Position numbers and translations under genes: made by a program
The notes under the pieces: generated by a model
Told to the model about the DNA's origin: nothing
Seen by the model: only the letters and a program-made list of their open reading frames with translations
Databases searched by the model: none
From: Camelus dromedarius
Taxonomy: Eukaryota
Reading direction: 5' to 3'
Assembly (NCBI RefSeq): GCF_036321535.1
Contig: NC_087455.1
Coordinates: forward strand, 7,254,001-7,318,000
DNA: 64,000 nucleotides
In this document: positions 13,205-25,800 of the stretch, in pieces
Position numbering within the stretch: position 1 is the first letter of the stretch
Layout: every line of letters begins with the position of its first letter

Positions 13205-13398
13205 CATTGTGGTCAGAGGCCGTAGTCATGAGCCATATGTGACCACTCAAAGAGCAATTTCAGTTCATCAGAGTTTGTGTTGCAACAGTCACAGTCCAAG
13301 TGCTCAGTGACCACAGGTGTCTGCTGGCTGTCATTTTGAAGAGCAGGGATTTACAGAACATGTCCATCCCTGCAGAAATTTCTACTGAACAGTGTCGC
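13205..13398 (-). mobile_element. MER3-like hAT-Charlie element
   Basis: ccaagtgctcagtgaccacaggtg...acagaacatgtccatccctgcagaaatttctactgaacagtg resembles the reversed MER3 5' end. Confidence 0.7.
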
Positions 13399-13575
13399 CC
13401 GGGATGGTAGGGCCATGTCTCAGCTCACTAGGCATCTTCCAACAGCCCTGCACAGAGGGCCACCTGCCCTGAGATCTGGGCATGGTGGGCCCCACCTCAT
13501 CCTCCTTTCCAACAGCTCCTTCTCTGAAGCTCCTTCCATGAGCACCTAAAGCAACTCATGTCCATCTCTTTTCTC

Positions 13576-13825
13576 CTTTTTAAATTGTCATAAAATACAC
13601 ATAACATACGATTTACCTTTTTAACCATTTTTAAGTGTACAGTTCAGGGGCATTAAGTACATTCACGTCATTTGCACCATCACCACTATCCATCTGCAGA
13701 ATTTTTCCATCCTCCCAAATTGAAACTCAGTCCCCATCGAACACTAGGTCCTCATTCCCCTCTCTCCTAGCCCCTCATAATCACTGTTCCCCTTTCTTCT
13801 CCATGAATTTGGCTCTTCTAGGTGG
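13576..13825 (-). mobile_element. L1M (L1MA/MB-type) 3' end
   Basis: aaaatacacataac...ttttaagtgtacagttcaggggcattaagtacattcac...caccactatccatctgcagaattttt. Confidence 0.85.
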
Positions 13826-14310
13826 CCCGTGTCCATCTTTAACCCAATGTCCTGTTTCATTTTCATCAAAGCACTTATCAGTCTCTGAAAAGCTCTGACT
13901 GCTGGACCAACTCCGTTATCAATCAGCAATCCTGTCTGTTTTGTTCATAGCTGCATCCACAGTGCCTGCCAAAGTGAGTATCACACCACGGGCGCTCGGG
14001 AAACGTTCACGGGATGTCAGTGCTTTGCGGACCCACATGGAAGTCCAGTCCTAGACAACCGGGCAGGTCTGGGAGATCTTTCTGAGTTGGAGTCACAGGT
14101 TCACCTGGATGTAGTGGGTGGCAAGATGCTTCCTCTGTCTAGACTTCATCTGTGAAATGAGGGCTAGACAATCTCCAAGGAACCTTTAGGCACTGACTTC
14201 TTTTGATTCTGAAAAATCACATGGCTCCTTCTCCATGTTCAAGGCCATGGACTCAAGTGTGTGCGGACAGAGGATGGTACTGGAGGAGCGATCAAGCAGT
14301 CCTGTCTCCC

Positions 14311-14326
14311 AGGTCACTCAAGGTCA
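14311..14326 (+). promoter_or_regulatory. Perfect DR4 nuclear-receptor motif AGGTCA-ctca-AGGTCA (TR/RXR or LXR/RXR type); function untested
   Basis: Exact consensus read from the sequence. Confidence 0.45.
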
Positions 14327-14339
14327 GGTATGTGGGTGG

Positions 14340-14520
14340 ATGTGCTGACTACCTACTTGGTGCCACGGACCGTGCAGGAGACTTTCAGAAACTGTATCCT
14401 TTCCTCCTTGTTTTATGTGATATTTTATTCCCATTTTACAGAAAGTAAAATAAGTCATTCCTGATCAAAGACAGAGCTAGTACATGGAGAGGTGGGAGTC
14501 TGAAGCCAGATGCAGTTTCC
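14340..14520 (-). mobile_element. MIR fragment
   Basis: ttattcccattttacagaaag...agagctagtacatggagaggtgggagtctgaagccag. Confidence 0.6.
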
Positions 14521-15784
14521 TTCTCTTCCCATTATTACACCATGGTCCAGAATGGCTGGGCCTGTGCATTTTCTGCTTTTTTTTTTTTTAAAGGCAAAAC
14601 AAAACAAAAAAAGGCAAAAAACAGCTCTGCCCTTGATTTAGTTTGGCAGCAAAGCAGCTTCACAATTTCCCCCGCAATTTTCCCCCGAAGTATAAACTTT
14701 CAGGAGATGAGGAGGAAAAAAATAACAAACACTTAGAAAGAAATACAATTGCATGTTTTAAAAAACACGCTAAAAGGCCGAAGCGTGGTTTGAAAGAACA
14801 TTTTTGGGAGGGGCTGCTTGTTTTATTTTGGTTTTCCTACTCAGAAAATAATCTCTGTGCTCTGTCATTTTAAAAAGTGGGTAGTAAAAATAATCGGAAT
14901 AAACACTGGGGCAGAAATTTTAAAACCCTGGCCGGGGATCAGAGAAAACCCAGATCTGCAGGATTCCATGCTCCCAAGGGAGCTCTCAGTTAAGACAGGA
15001 TGGAGGTATTAGGCGAAAGAAGGACCAGAGACAAAAATACACAAACACTGGTCCCTGCCATGGGCCGAGGACTGACGAGGTCAGCCGAGGTGCTGGGCCC
15101 GCGTGGAGGCTCCTCTCCACGGGCTCCCCGCCGCTCCCAGCACAGGTCGGAAGCTGCTGAGGGCCGGGCCACCTGCCCTGAGCTCGGACCTAAGGGACTG
15201 GCATGCTGCCACCTTCAGTCCAACCCCTAAATCCTCACTCAGGCCCCCTCGGCTCTCCCCTGGTCCACAGCCTCGGGTCATCGGGAGACTCCAGCAGGAG
15301 TGAAAACGACGGTAGAAACTCCCCCTGCATGTGCTCTTCACACAGGCCACGCACGTTCTCAAAGCATCACACGTGTCCCCTCATCGCCACCTCCCAACCA
15401 TCTCAGTTCACCTGTGACTTCTATTTGACTAACAGAATCCCAGCAGCCTGGGCCGTCAAGGAACTTGCCCAAGATCACACAGCTCGTGCGCAGCACAGCT
15501 GGAGTCAACCCAGGCCAGCGGGCTCCAGCCGCCCCACCCTTAACCATGCTGAGCGAGGGCCCAGAGAGCAGGGATGAGCGAAGGCCTCAGGCTCACAGCG
15601 CAGAGCCTAGTCGTGGCCCGGGGCTCAGCACCCTGAGCTGCTGCCGCCTCTCTTGGCCCCGATGGAGCAGACAGGACAGTGCAGGCTGCAGGATTCTGGG
15701 GGGACACTCACTGCTTCTGCCACATGTGCTGCAGTGACCAGGAGGTGTCCTCCTGTCCCCACCTGTGAGGCCGTGAAGAGGAAT

Positions 15785-15910
15785 CAGACCCCCTTAGGTT
15801 CAGACCGAGCTCCCCATTTACTAGCAAGATGGCCAGCCTTGGGCAACTTTCTTAACCTCTCTGAGCCTCGGTTTCCTCATCTGTAAAACAAGCAGTATGA
15901 CTCCATTTCT
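15785..15910 (+). mobile_element. MIR core
   Basis: ccttgggcaactttcttaacctctctgagcctcggtttcctcatctgtaaaa. Confidence 0.85.
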
Positions 15911-16562
15911 GCCTTCCTCCAAGAATTTCTGTGAGGGTGGGATGAAAGGAGGTGTGGGAAGTGAGCTGTAAACTGTAAAATAGGAGACACGTCTGGACTC
16001 AAAGTGCGGTCCAGGGACCAGCAGCTTTGGCATCCCTGAGAGGTCATTTAAAGGCAGACTCTTGGCTTTACCCTAAATGACTGACTTGGCACGTGCATTT
16101 TCACCAGCCCCCAGGTAACGCGCATGCACAGTGCAGTGGGGAGAGGTCCTGGGTGCAGGGCGGTGAGAGAGGTGCCTAGAAGTTTGGGCAGCTTGTGAGA
16201 AGGTCTGACAGCTTCCAGGGAGGGTGGAGAGGAAAGGGAGAGGGGAGTAAAGGTCCAGGAGAGGGAGGGCCAGGGCGGGCAGCTGCAGGGAGCCCAGGGC
16301 CAGCGGCCCTGCTAGGGTCGCCCCCACATCACAGGCAGCCTTGTGAAGTTGCATAAGGTGAACGGTCTGGACTCAGCTGGCTTCTGCCCACAGCCTTTGT
16401 GTCTGCCCTGTAACTTAGTTCCTCACCAGCAAGATGGGCCTCCCAGCCCGCTGGGCTGGTGGCAGAGTGGCTCCTCTCTAAACGCGCCCTGCTGGAAAGC
16501 AGCTCCAAACATTGAACAAGTTAAGCCTCTGAGGCCCCCAGTCATCCAGCTCATCGACCTAC

Positions 16563-16671
16563 CCTTTTTCAAATACACAGCCGGAGAGTCTCCTTCCCTG
16601 CTCCGCACTGTCACCTGGCACAGGAGACTTCCGAAGCGGCTGGCCTCCGAGTTCCCCAACGCATCTTGATC
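16563..16671 (-). CDS. TG: TG exon 25 (109 nt) DQDALGNSEASRFGSLLCQVTVRSREGDSPAVYLKK
   Basis: gtctttag|GATCAAGA...AAAAAGG|gtaggt. Confidence 0.97.
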
Positions 16672-18726
16672 CTAAAGACGGAAAGAGGCTGCATGATCGT
16701 CCTGTGATAGTGAACAAACAATCCAACAAACATTTCTCAAACTCTAACCAAAGCTAGTCACGGGGGATATGGATATAAATAAGAGAAGATTCCTGCTCGT
16801 TGGTTTCTCCCCATCTACTGGAGCACACGGACACGTAAGCAGTAAATTCCAGCCCAGACTGTTGGCTGCAAAGACAACATGGAATAAAAGAGGGGATAAT
16901 TAACAGAAGTGGAAGTGATCATTCTATTGAGAAAGCGGAGCTAGAAAAATGTTCCCAGAAAAAGTGAACCCAGTTGGGGTTCTGACGCATAAGTAAGAGT
17001 TTGTTGGGTGGAAACAAGAGAAGTGGGATTTTAAGCAGAGGAAACAGCAGAGATGCAGACCTGGAATCCCACAGGTGTTTGATTAACTAGGTCCAGTGGT
17101 TCTCAAGGACTGTCTGTCATGAGAGGCAGCAGGAGGAGAGAGAGCGGCAAGGGCCAGCTCACAGAAGACCTTGTTGGCACACAGCTTGTATGCAGTGAGG
17201 GTTGGGAGGAGGTTCTTTAGCTTGGAAAAGAGGAGGTCTGACCTCCGGAGAGGGTGCTGTTCTCACTTCACTAGCTCTCGCTCTCCGCGTCTGGCGCTCT
17301 GGCTCTGTGGGTGTGGTGGGGTGGACCTGCGTCACTTCGCGTCTCGTATTTTGTCCCCTCCTGGCCAAGTTGCCACTTCTGAGTTTCCCGGTTCAATTTT
17401 GGGAATCCTTGGAGGGTGAGGCTAAAATCAAGGCTATTTGAAGGCAACAGTTCTTCTTACTTTTTAGGAAACCTGAACTCACTGAACAATGATGGTCTGG
17501 GGAGGCAAGAAGGGCCTTTGAGGAAGAAAGGTTCCTATAGACTGAGAAGGATGTGAGTTTCGAGCCCCAGGTTAAGGGAGCCCTGGTCCCGTCTGTGGGG
17601 TGAGTGCCTGGGGGTGCCAAACCCAAAGTGTGGGGCTCCTGCCTCAGCAAGAGTTCTTTCCACACCCCGACTGGCCCAGACACAGTGGCACCAAGGATCC
17701 GGAAGGCCAGCGCCTGGGACCGCAGCGTTGGCTCCCGGCATCACCATCAACGGACCTGCGGGGCCCCGGGCCCCGGAATGAGCAGAGCCCTGCTGATGGT
17801 TGAGGTGGAATTCCTGCCAGCCTGACGTTCATTCAGCAAGACTAACAGCAGCGGTGACAACTGTGATAGAGGTCGCTGAGCACTGACTCTGCAGCAGAAA
17901 CTGCCCTGTGAGCTTTTCCACGTAGGGCTTTACAACAATCCTGGGTATGGGTGCCACGATCACCCCATATTTATAGGGGCTCAAGTAGCAGAACTGGGAC
18001 TTGAATGCAGGTCACCTTCTAACTCTCCGTGTCAGACAGGGTCTCTCACGGGCTGAGGAGCTGGAGTCCATTCCTTTTTTGCCTTTTTTCTTTGTAACGA
18101 AGAGGCTTTGCTGTTGTCCTAGACTAAAACCCACACTTACTGAGCAAGCAGCTGTCAGACAGGAAAGGACTAAATGATCAATAAGCTAAAATGCTCGCTC
18201 AAAGAATTGCTTTTCACTGCAAACCCTTCTGTCGTAATGCGGAATAATGATGAAATTGCCAAAACTCCACCAGCTTTGACTTACATCGACAGCAATTTCA
18301 TGTGGTTCTAACAAATATTTAACTTTTTTCCTTTTTAAGCCAAAATCATGTTTTACTTCCACAACGGAAAGGAACACAGGTGTCTGGGACTCAGAGGGAC
18401 AGATGGCGTTTAGGGCCCTGGACAGTGGCCCAAGCTGCCGATGAGATCAGCTTGTGGGGAACAGAGGGGGATCCTCTCCTGACTGACTGGTCAGGAGACA
18501 GTATGCTCAGCTGTGGTCCCTGTGTCCGCTTCATCCTGAGCCCCTGCTGGGCTGCTGCAGCTTCCATTTCCCAAAGTCCCATCGTTCTGAAGGAGTGGAG
18601 GCCACATAGCACCAGCTACTGACAATCTCCTTCCATCACCTGATCAGTCTGGCGTCGATTCAATCAGGCCACGTCTGCCGCAGGAGGGACGAGAGGCAGA
18701 ACCGCCACACAGCTGCCACCACTCAC

Positions 18727-18842
18727 CTGGTCAGAAGCTGTGCAGGCGATGTTGTCACTTGTCCCAGCGTAGAAATCACATGAGACTTCTGCTCCCGCTG
18801 TGGACACTGTGAGGAAGCTGCAGGCCTCGTCCAATGCACAGT
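18727..18842 (-). CDS. TG: TG exon 24 (116 nt) DCALDEACSFLTVSTAGAEVSCDFYAGTSDNIACTASDQ
   Basis: cttgcag|ACTGTGCA...TGACCAG|gtgagt; read manually, not in the ORF track. Confidence 0.97.
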
Positions 18843-19329
18843 CTGCAAGTATCAGAGGGGACAGTCACCCCCTGTCTCTCAGGTGACATGGAGGAAGGAC
18901 AGACACACACCCTTGATCCCTGCACCCAGACTCACACACACACTCAGCTGTAGCATGAGTCACACTGACTATTCATGGACGACTGTAGGATCATGAGACA
19001 ATCCTTGTAAAGAGAGATGCTCAATAAATGGTAGTTGTTACTACACCCTGTCTGGCCTCACTGTTGAAACAGATCAGAGCTCTATAAGGAACTAATGTCC
19101 TTCGATTCTGCTGCCTAATATCAAGCAGAGCATTGGTCTTGGCGTGTCGTAGATGTGCTATAAACTCGATGTGAAATGATGAGTTGGGTGTACGTCGGGG
19201 GAATCGATGGATTTACAAAGTGTTTTGATCAAGTGTTCTTGATTTCAGTTCCAGAGGCTGTGCTTGACTCGTCTTGCAAGGACAGCACAGAGTGTTGCTC
19301 CAGGTGCCCGAGCTCCCACCACCGCTCAC

Positions 19330-19446
19330 CTGCCACGCACGGCGTCAGTGAGGATTCAGAAGCAGGAACTTCGGACCTGACCCCAACAGCAACATTGGCG
19401 TTGAAGATCACCTTAGATTCTGGAACTTTCTCAAATTTCCGCATGA
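19330..19446 (-). CDS. TG: TG exon 23 (117 nt) IMRKFEKVPESKVIFNANVAVGVRSEVPASESSLTPCVA
   Basis: ctttcag|TCATGCGG...GTGGCAG|gtgagc. Confidence 0.97.
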
Positions 19447-20532
19447 CTGAAAGGAAAGCAGATGGGTAAAGTTTGACTCTGAAGGGTGCAGGGTCTTTGC
19501 AGAGACTCCAAACTGTATTCTGAGAGCAATTCTGAACCACTGAGGGGTTTTAAGGGGCACCACGTAAACAGAATTGTCTCTTAAAATAATCGCTCTGAAG
19601 CATCGTGGGGAAATCATTGGCGGAGGAAAGACTGGAGCAGGAAGATGCTCCATGGGGGTGATAACCCAGGCCGAACAAGGAGTGGTGTGGGGCTGGAGAA
19701 GGAGCATGTCTCTTGCAGGTAGACACTTGTTTGGGGAGTCACCCAGCTGAACTCTATGCCCTTTGCCTTCTCTAGAGGACAAAACCTCAAAAATAAGATG
19801 GCAATTCCACTCCCAAAGAGAAAGTTCCTCTCAAAGTCAAGTCAAGAGGATTCTGAGGAATCCCAGTGGGGGCCCAGCTTCTTAACATGGAAGCCCTTCC
19901 ATATATTCAGAGAGAGAAACTTAAGCTCAGAGCTTTGCATAAGAAGCCGAAGATGCTGCGGACCGATCTGGAGGCTGTTCATAAGCAGGTACCTCAGGGA
20001 GGCAGCATCAAAGTAGGCAAAGCTGAGCTGTTCCTCATAAATGTTTCTGACCAATTAAACTGTCCTTGCTGCTCCAGGTGAACACAGGGTGAACAAGTGA
20101 CTAAACGCTTTACAAAGTACACGTGACAATCCTCACAGTCGAGCCAGTGACAGAGATGCAAAGAAGGGTGGAGTGAAGATGCAAGCACCCAGAATGGCCA
20201 GCAATCACCATGGTCCCCGGGCAAGTTGCCTTCCCTCTGAGGACAGCCTCACCCTCATGTGTAAAGAACAACAAAGATCTGCCTAACTGACTCCTAAAGC
20301 ACGTCCAGCTGCAGCCCCCCAATGGCTATTTCTGCCCAAGAGGAGGGACATTGGGGAAAAAATAAGACCTCTGGTGGATTTTATCCACAGACACAGGATA
20401 CACAGATCCTTGGGATTCACTAGCATTTTGCTGGAGATGGGAAACGATTCGAAAATGAAAACTTCTTGGCTTTTCTCAGGTATGTTATGTCATTACCTGC
20501 ACCAACTTCCCTAGAGGAACCAGGCAGGCTAT

Positions 20533-20597
20533 GTGTGCGTGTGCATGCATGTGCGTGTATGTGTGCATGCGTGTGTGTGTATGTGTGTGTGTGCAGG
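20533..20597. repeat. Imperfect (TG)n/(TGCA) microsatellite
   Basis: tgtgtgcgtgtgcatgcatgtgcgtgtatgtgtgcatgcgtgtgtgtgtatgtgtgtgtgtg. Confidence 0.9.
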
Positions 20598-20624
20598 TAC
20601 ACATGTGTGTTTAATAAGGAAGCA

Positions 20625-20850
20625 GATAAATCCAGGTAGAAATACCAGTCTGGGAGTTAGACACACACCAGTTCAAATTCTAGGTATATTATATCCTGAC
20701 TATGTGACGAAGATAAGACATGTGAACACTCTTTGGCTCAGTTCCCTCAGCCGCATTATCAGGGATAACAATAACCCCCTCCTCAAAGTCACAGCCAAGT
20801 TTACAGGTGATTGACTCTGAGAAAGGCCAGGCCTGGGGCCTGGCACACTG
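20625..20850 (+). mobile_element. MIR
   Basis: ctgggagttagacacacaccagttcaaattct...ctcagttccctc...cctcaaagtcacagccaag...cctggcacac. Confidence 0.6.
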
Positions 20851-21059
20851 GAAGCCCAGGCCTGGGGTGCAGAGGTGGCCCCAGGCTCTCGAGCAGCGGG
20901 AGGGGACTCTGGGGAAAGGTGGAGCCGAGTCCTGGGGACTTCGAGGAGGTCAGAATGAAAGGGAATTGCAGATCGTCTCGGCCTGCTCCTTGTGTAACAG
21001 AAGAGGAAACGAGACACCTGGTATTTCTGGGTCCTCTAATCCATCTGAAACATCTATTA

Positions 21060-21215
21060 CCTCTTTCAGTCAGGTCCTTGCTAATGCACTCATTATCCCC
21101 ATTTTACAGATGGGGAAACTGTGGATGGTAAGTAACTTGTCCAGCACTACACAACCAGTAAAGGGTACCACTGGGATTAAACTAGTTCCCACTGCACCTC
21201 GTGCTGTGGGACACT
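21060..21215 (-). mobile_element. MIR
   Basis: attatccccattttacagatggggaaactgtggatggtaagtaacttgtccag. Confidence 0.8.
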
Positions 21216-21798
21216 TGTCAGTTCACTCAGGACTGTCACACCCATTATGTCATTGAAGAGCTGGGCTCAGTGAATGTCTGCCATCTTCATAGATGATACT
21301 GACCCTCATGGTGTCTTGGGAGCCAAGCAGGAGGCTGCTGGGATCAGAGAAGGTGAGCAATTTGCTCTGGGTCGCTCAGCAAGTAAGTTATGGAAGAAGG
21401 GCTGGTCCTTGGGTCTTCCCCCAACATCCCACTGAGGGAGAAATGCTAACCAGCTTTTCGGAGGCGAGCTGCCCACAAGAAAGGAAACCTCAGCAGATTA
21501 ATGATTTTTAAACGCATTTCTCATGATGCTGAGATACTTAGGGGTGAGGTTTCATGACGTCTGAAGTATATGTTCCAATGATTAAAAGAGAGAGAGGAAG
21601 AGCAAAACACTAACAATGTTTGGATCTGAGTGACGAGTATTTGTTCATCCAACTGTTCTTTCAACTCCTACATAGGCTAAAGTTTCCGACATAAAAAGCT
21701 GGGGGTAAATGCATCTCATACGCCTCTCCCTTTCTAGAAAGCCCTTGAGGCCACGCGCTCTGCCCCCAGCAGTGGCTGACTTAATGGCCTGCACATAC

Positions 21799-21969
21799 TC
21801 AGACACTGGGCATCCGCCAGCGGGGCCTCGGTTTCGGACCATGGCAGCCTCTGCCCCTCGCCATCCACGCAGAAGGCCTTCCCGCTGTCCCTGTCCCTCT
21901 GGCTGGCTTGGTACTGGCCATCCTGGTCACACTGCAGACCCGCCTCATTCCTCTGACACTCAGTGACAC
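21799..21969 (-). CDS. TG: TG exon 22 (171 nt) CVTECQRNEAGLQCDQDGQYQASQRD...AQCL
   Basis: gttccag|GTGTCACT...TGTCTGA|gtatgt; type-1 repeat. Confidence 0.98.
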   Translation of the reverse strand: MSLSVRGMRRVCSVTRMASTKPARGTGTAGRPSAWMARGRGCHGPKPRPRWRMPSV

Positions 21970-22312
21970 CTGGAACCAAGAGATGGACACAGTGATCAAT
22001 GACGTGCCTCGGGGAGCGCCCTGAGGCTCTCTTCAGTACGCTTCCATCTAAGAACACAGACCAGATAACACAACAGGCAGAAAGGCAGGGTTAATGGGTC
22101 ATGGAGACGTTCTCAGATATGAGCAGACCTTAGCATAGATTCCACCCCTGACCCTGGAGAGCCGTTCACTGAAATCCATTCTCTTACTCATGACGTCTGG
22201 GGGATGTGACAGACCTCCACTATTGCATGGAAATGCAGTCCAAGCTCACCCGAAAAGTGGGATGGAGATGAAGCCTTGTGGTTCATCTTAAAAACGTTAA
22301 TAGATACCACAT

Positions 22313-22658
22313 TGCTATGGACTGAATATTTGTGTCCCCGTCAAATTAATATATTGAAGCCCTAACCTCCCTGCCACCATGTGATGGTATCTGGAGGCAG
22401 AACCCTTGGGAACTGATTAGGTTTAAATGCGGTCATGAGGGTGGGGCCCCCATGATGGGATTAGTGCCCTTATAATAAGAGGAAAGCACAGAGGATCTCT
22501 CACTCTGCGTACATGAACCAAGGAAAGGCCATGTCTTGCCATAACCAGGAAGAGTGCCCTCACCTAGAACTTCCAGCCTCTAGAACCATGAGAAATAAAC
22601 CTTTGTCATTGAAGCCACCCAGACTATGATAATTTGTATGTAGCAGCCTGAAGTGACA
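22313..22658 (+). mobile_element. MLT1A-type MaLR solo LTR
   Basis: tgctatggactgaatatttgtgtcccc...gaagccctaacc...cttccagcctctagaaccatgagaaataaa...gtagcagcctgaagtgaca. Confidence 0.88.
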
Positions 22659-23703
22659 TGCTTTATGACCACCCCGTGAATGAGGTGTCATGGTCGCCAG
22701 CTAATAGATGAGGAAGTTGACATTTAGAGAAGGAAGGTGAGTTGGCCTCAGTCACAGTGCCAGTAGGAGGGAGACTGGGGGTGGAAATGGGTCTGGGTGG
22801 TGCCGAGCCCCAGCTCCCCCTCTGTCCCCTGCAGCACCCACTCCTGTATGTCCCTCGGGTGCCCTTTAGGAAGCATTCCTCGGGTGGTGTGATAGCCCCT
22901 CAAATCATCTCAGACCACAGTGACTGGCGCCAGCGTCTGTGAACTGACAATGACACTTGGATGTCAAAGACAATCTGTGTTCCTGGGGAAGTTTATTGTC
23001 CAGCTGGTATGTCTGACTCTTGGCCTATGAAATCCCTCTGAGTTTTACTTTCGTGGGAAATACCACCCTATTTCCAACTGCTCTCCTGACCAAGGAAACT
23101 GCCTTTATCACAGAAGATGCCTTGATCTCTTTCAACTGATTATTTAAAAATTCTAAACGATATTCAGATTTTAAGCAAATAACGGTTGCCTTGTGCTGAC
23201 ATAATTTCAGACTAACATGAAAAGGTGTGTGACAAGGCAAGGTACGGGTCCCTGCTAGGGAAAACCCAACACTCCCCAGGTGACTATTCAGTCCATGGGC
23301 CAAGTGAAATCACATGACATACGGGAAGGCCACACGTACACACGGACCTGGCAGAGTCATAGGGCCAGAAGGGGAATATGAGTTATACGGTGGTAACATG
23401 CCTGCAGGTGGAAAATATCCCCCACTTCTCGATCTGATAACGCTGATTACAAAACTCAGAAGTTTCAGAATCAGACAGTACCAAGATCAAAGGCCAACTC
23501 GGTCACTCAGTAGCTGAGTGACTTTAGCTGAATTTCTTCCTGAGCCTGAGCCTTCTTATATGTCAACGTTGAGCCCATAATGTTTACCCAGAAGGGGAGT
23601 TGGGAGAACTGAATATAACAACACAGGTGAAATGTCTGGCCTAGATCCTGGCAGGGCCTAGGCGGTCACAGGTGGGGCCCCTTTGATGATTATGCTGTGT
23701 ACC

Positions 23704-23947
23704 CAAAGATTCTCAATGGTGGCCACTCTTGCCCCCAACACAAGACAGACTTGGCATTGTCTGGAGATGTGCCTGGTTGGCACAACTTGGTGTGTGTGTT
23801 GGAGGTGGAGGGTGCTACTGGCATCTCACAGGCAAGGATCAGTGACGCTGCTAAATAAGCAAATATCCTATCATTCAAGGGACAGCCCTCCAAAATGAAG
23901 AATTATCAGTCCCCAAATTGCAGTGGTACCAAGGTTGAGACACCCTG
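23704..23947 (+). mobile_element. MER20 (hAT-Charlie), full length
   Basis: ttctcaa...ttggcattgtctggaga...tgctactggcatct...gctgctaaa...gaattatcagtcccaaa...ggttgagacaccctg. Confidence 0.88.
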
Positions 23948-24005
23948 CTGTGTCCCCATGGCATTGTAGGGTTTCTCTTTCAAAGCAGGACCCTGTAGAA
24001 CTTAC

Positions 24006-24155
24006 AGTGAGTCTGGCTGAAAGCTCCAACGGAAACGGTCGTTCTGCCCACAGGACAGGGCACACAGGACAGGCTACCTGTCTGTTCTTGGTAGAATCCA
24101 GCAGGACAGGGGATGCACTGCTCATTCTGGAAATAGCTTCCTTCAGGACACTTCA
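24006..24155 (-). CDS. TG: TG exon 21 (150 nt) VKCPEGSYFQNEQCIPCPAGFYQEQTGSLSCVPCPVGRTTVSVGAFSQTH (type-2 repeats)
   Basis: tttctag|TGAAGTGT...ACTCACT|gtaagt. Confidence 0.98.
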
Positions 24156-24261
24156 CTAGAAAGGACGAGCAGAGCAACGGTGTCAGAGAGCAAGACACCT
24201 GCTTCACAGTTACAACCTCAGAACACGCAGGGTCTGGGAAATTCCAAAATCAGACAAGAGC

Positions 24262-24610
24262 CCATTCATTTAACAAGTGCCCATGGAGACTCTGCTGTGT
24301 GTCAGGCTCCAGGAGTCCAGAATGAGCTGTGAAGAAGGGAGATGAGGTTCCTGCCCCCTCCCCCAGGAGCTGGCGGGCCGGTAGGATCAGAGGGTGCCCG
24401 ACAGGGATTCCAGATCTGGGTAAAATGAAGCACGAGAGGAGGGCATGTTCGTGAGGAAGGTCCCTGTGGGAGGAGGTTCACGAGACTTGACTGGTGAGGA
24501 GAACCCCAGGCAAAGACCCAGGAGAAGAGAATTCCAGGCAGAGGGAACAGCAAGAGCAAAATTCTTAAGGTAGGAACGAGTTTGGATTCTTCAAGGAATG
24601 GAAAGAAAGA
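24262..24610 (-). mobile_element. L2 3' fragment
   Basis: cattcatttaacaag...tgtgtcaggc...ggcagagggaacagcaagagcaaa...gagtttgg. Confidence 0.65.
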
Positions 24611-25639
24611 CGTCAAACAAAGCTGGCGACTTAGTAGACAAAGGGAAGGATGTCATGGGAGGAAGTTGGAGAACATCTTGAAAGATGAGGGTCCATCCAC
24701 AGGTTGCCATGGAAACGTGATGGCGCTCAGTTCGGGGGGGTGCCAACTTTGTGGTTGAAAATTGGGTGAAGACCCTCTCCGCACTATGCCTAACTGACTT
24801 TGGTCTTCTCTGAGGCTCCATGTCCTCCCCTGTAAAATTGGGTTAATAATATCTCGTTGGCGTGTAGTGATGTGGCACAGGAAGCATGTATTATAATGCC
24901 AGACTCCCGTGTGCTTACAGATGGTAATCGTTTTTACCCTTGAGGGAGTCCTTCCTTGCAGCCCATCTCGACACCTCCTCTTTCTGAGCAGGTGCCCTTG
25001 CTCCGTGGGGCAACCTCAACAATGCAGCCCCATCTCCCTTGGCTCCTGTGAGCTCTCACTGTTGGTGGGTCTTTAACGGTGTTGCTCAGACCTGGGGCTC
25101 CAGAGGGGCGGGTGAGATGGCTGGGGCCCAGGGTTTATAGAGGCCCTCACTGGCAGATTGTTATGTTTCTGACTTACTCAGAAACACCAAGGGTGACCCT
25201 GAGGGTGAGGACCTCCTCACGTCTTGCACCCTGGCTGCCTCACCCACCTCATTCACCCTCCCCAGTTAACCTGCGGATTCTCAGTGCTTTCTGTCCCTCT
25301 GACTCTATCACTCCTGGTCCTTCCGAGTTTGCTTCCTCTGACAGGATATGAGCTAAGAAGCCAGAAACCCAACCTGAACAGATGCCTCACGAGGGGTCTC
25401 AGCTGGAGTTGAAGAGCTCTGTCCCGAGCACAGGGCATGAACGTGGTGGTGCCGATTCTGACAGCTCAGGGGAGGGGGTGACAAGAGGAGGTTCTTTGCT
25501 TTCGTTCTTGGTTCAGGGCTGTATTCCCGAGAGTTTCACAGATAGCTTCCAGAAGAAGTGAGCTGTTACCCGGTGAGGGTGGGAGCTGAAAGCATGCCTA
25601 CTCTTGGGAACACTTCCTTCATGCCTGGCCCTCCTCTGT

Positions 25640-25800
25640 GTACTGCATGCACGTCCCTGCAGCACAACCATGAGTTGGTGTTTTATCCCCATTTCACAGA
25701 TGGCAAAGCTGAGCCTCGGGACATGCACGCATGTTGCATGGGCACACTCTTGTGCAAAGGGCAGTGGGGAGGTAAAATTACAGAACATGCCAAGCCCAGT
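25640..25800 (-). mobile_element. MIR fragment
   Basis: cacaaccatgagttggtgttttatccccatttcacagatggcaaagctgag. Confidence 0.7.

Noticed and set aside
20625-21215. Inverted MIR pairs (also 33740-34270 and 38090-38680) as dsRNA or circRNA drivers
   Set aside because: The copies are old and highly diverged, so stable pairing is unlikely; high MIR density is ordinary for such introns.
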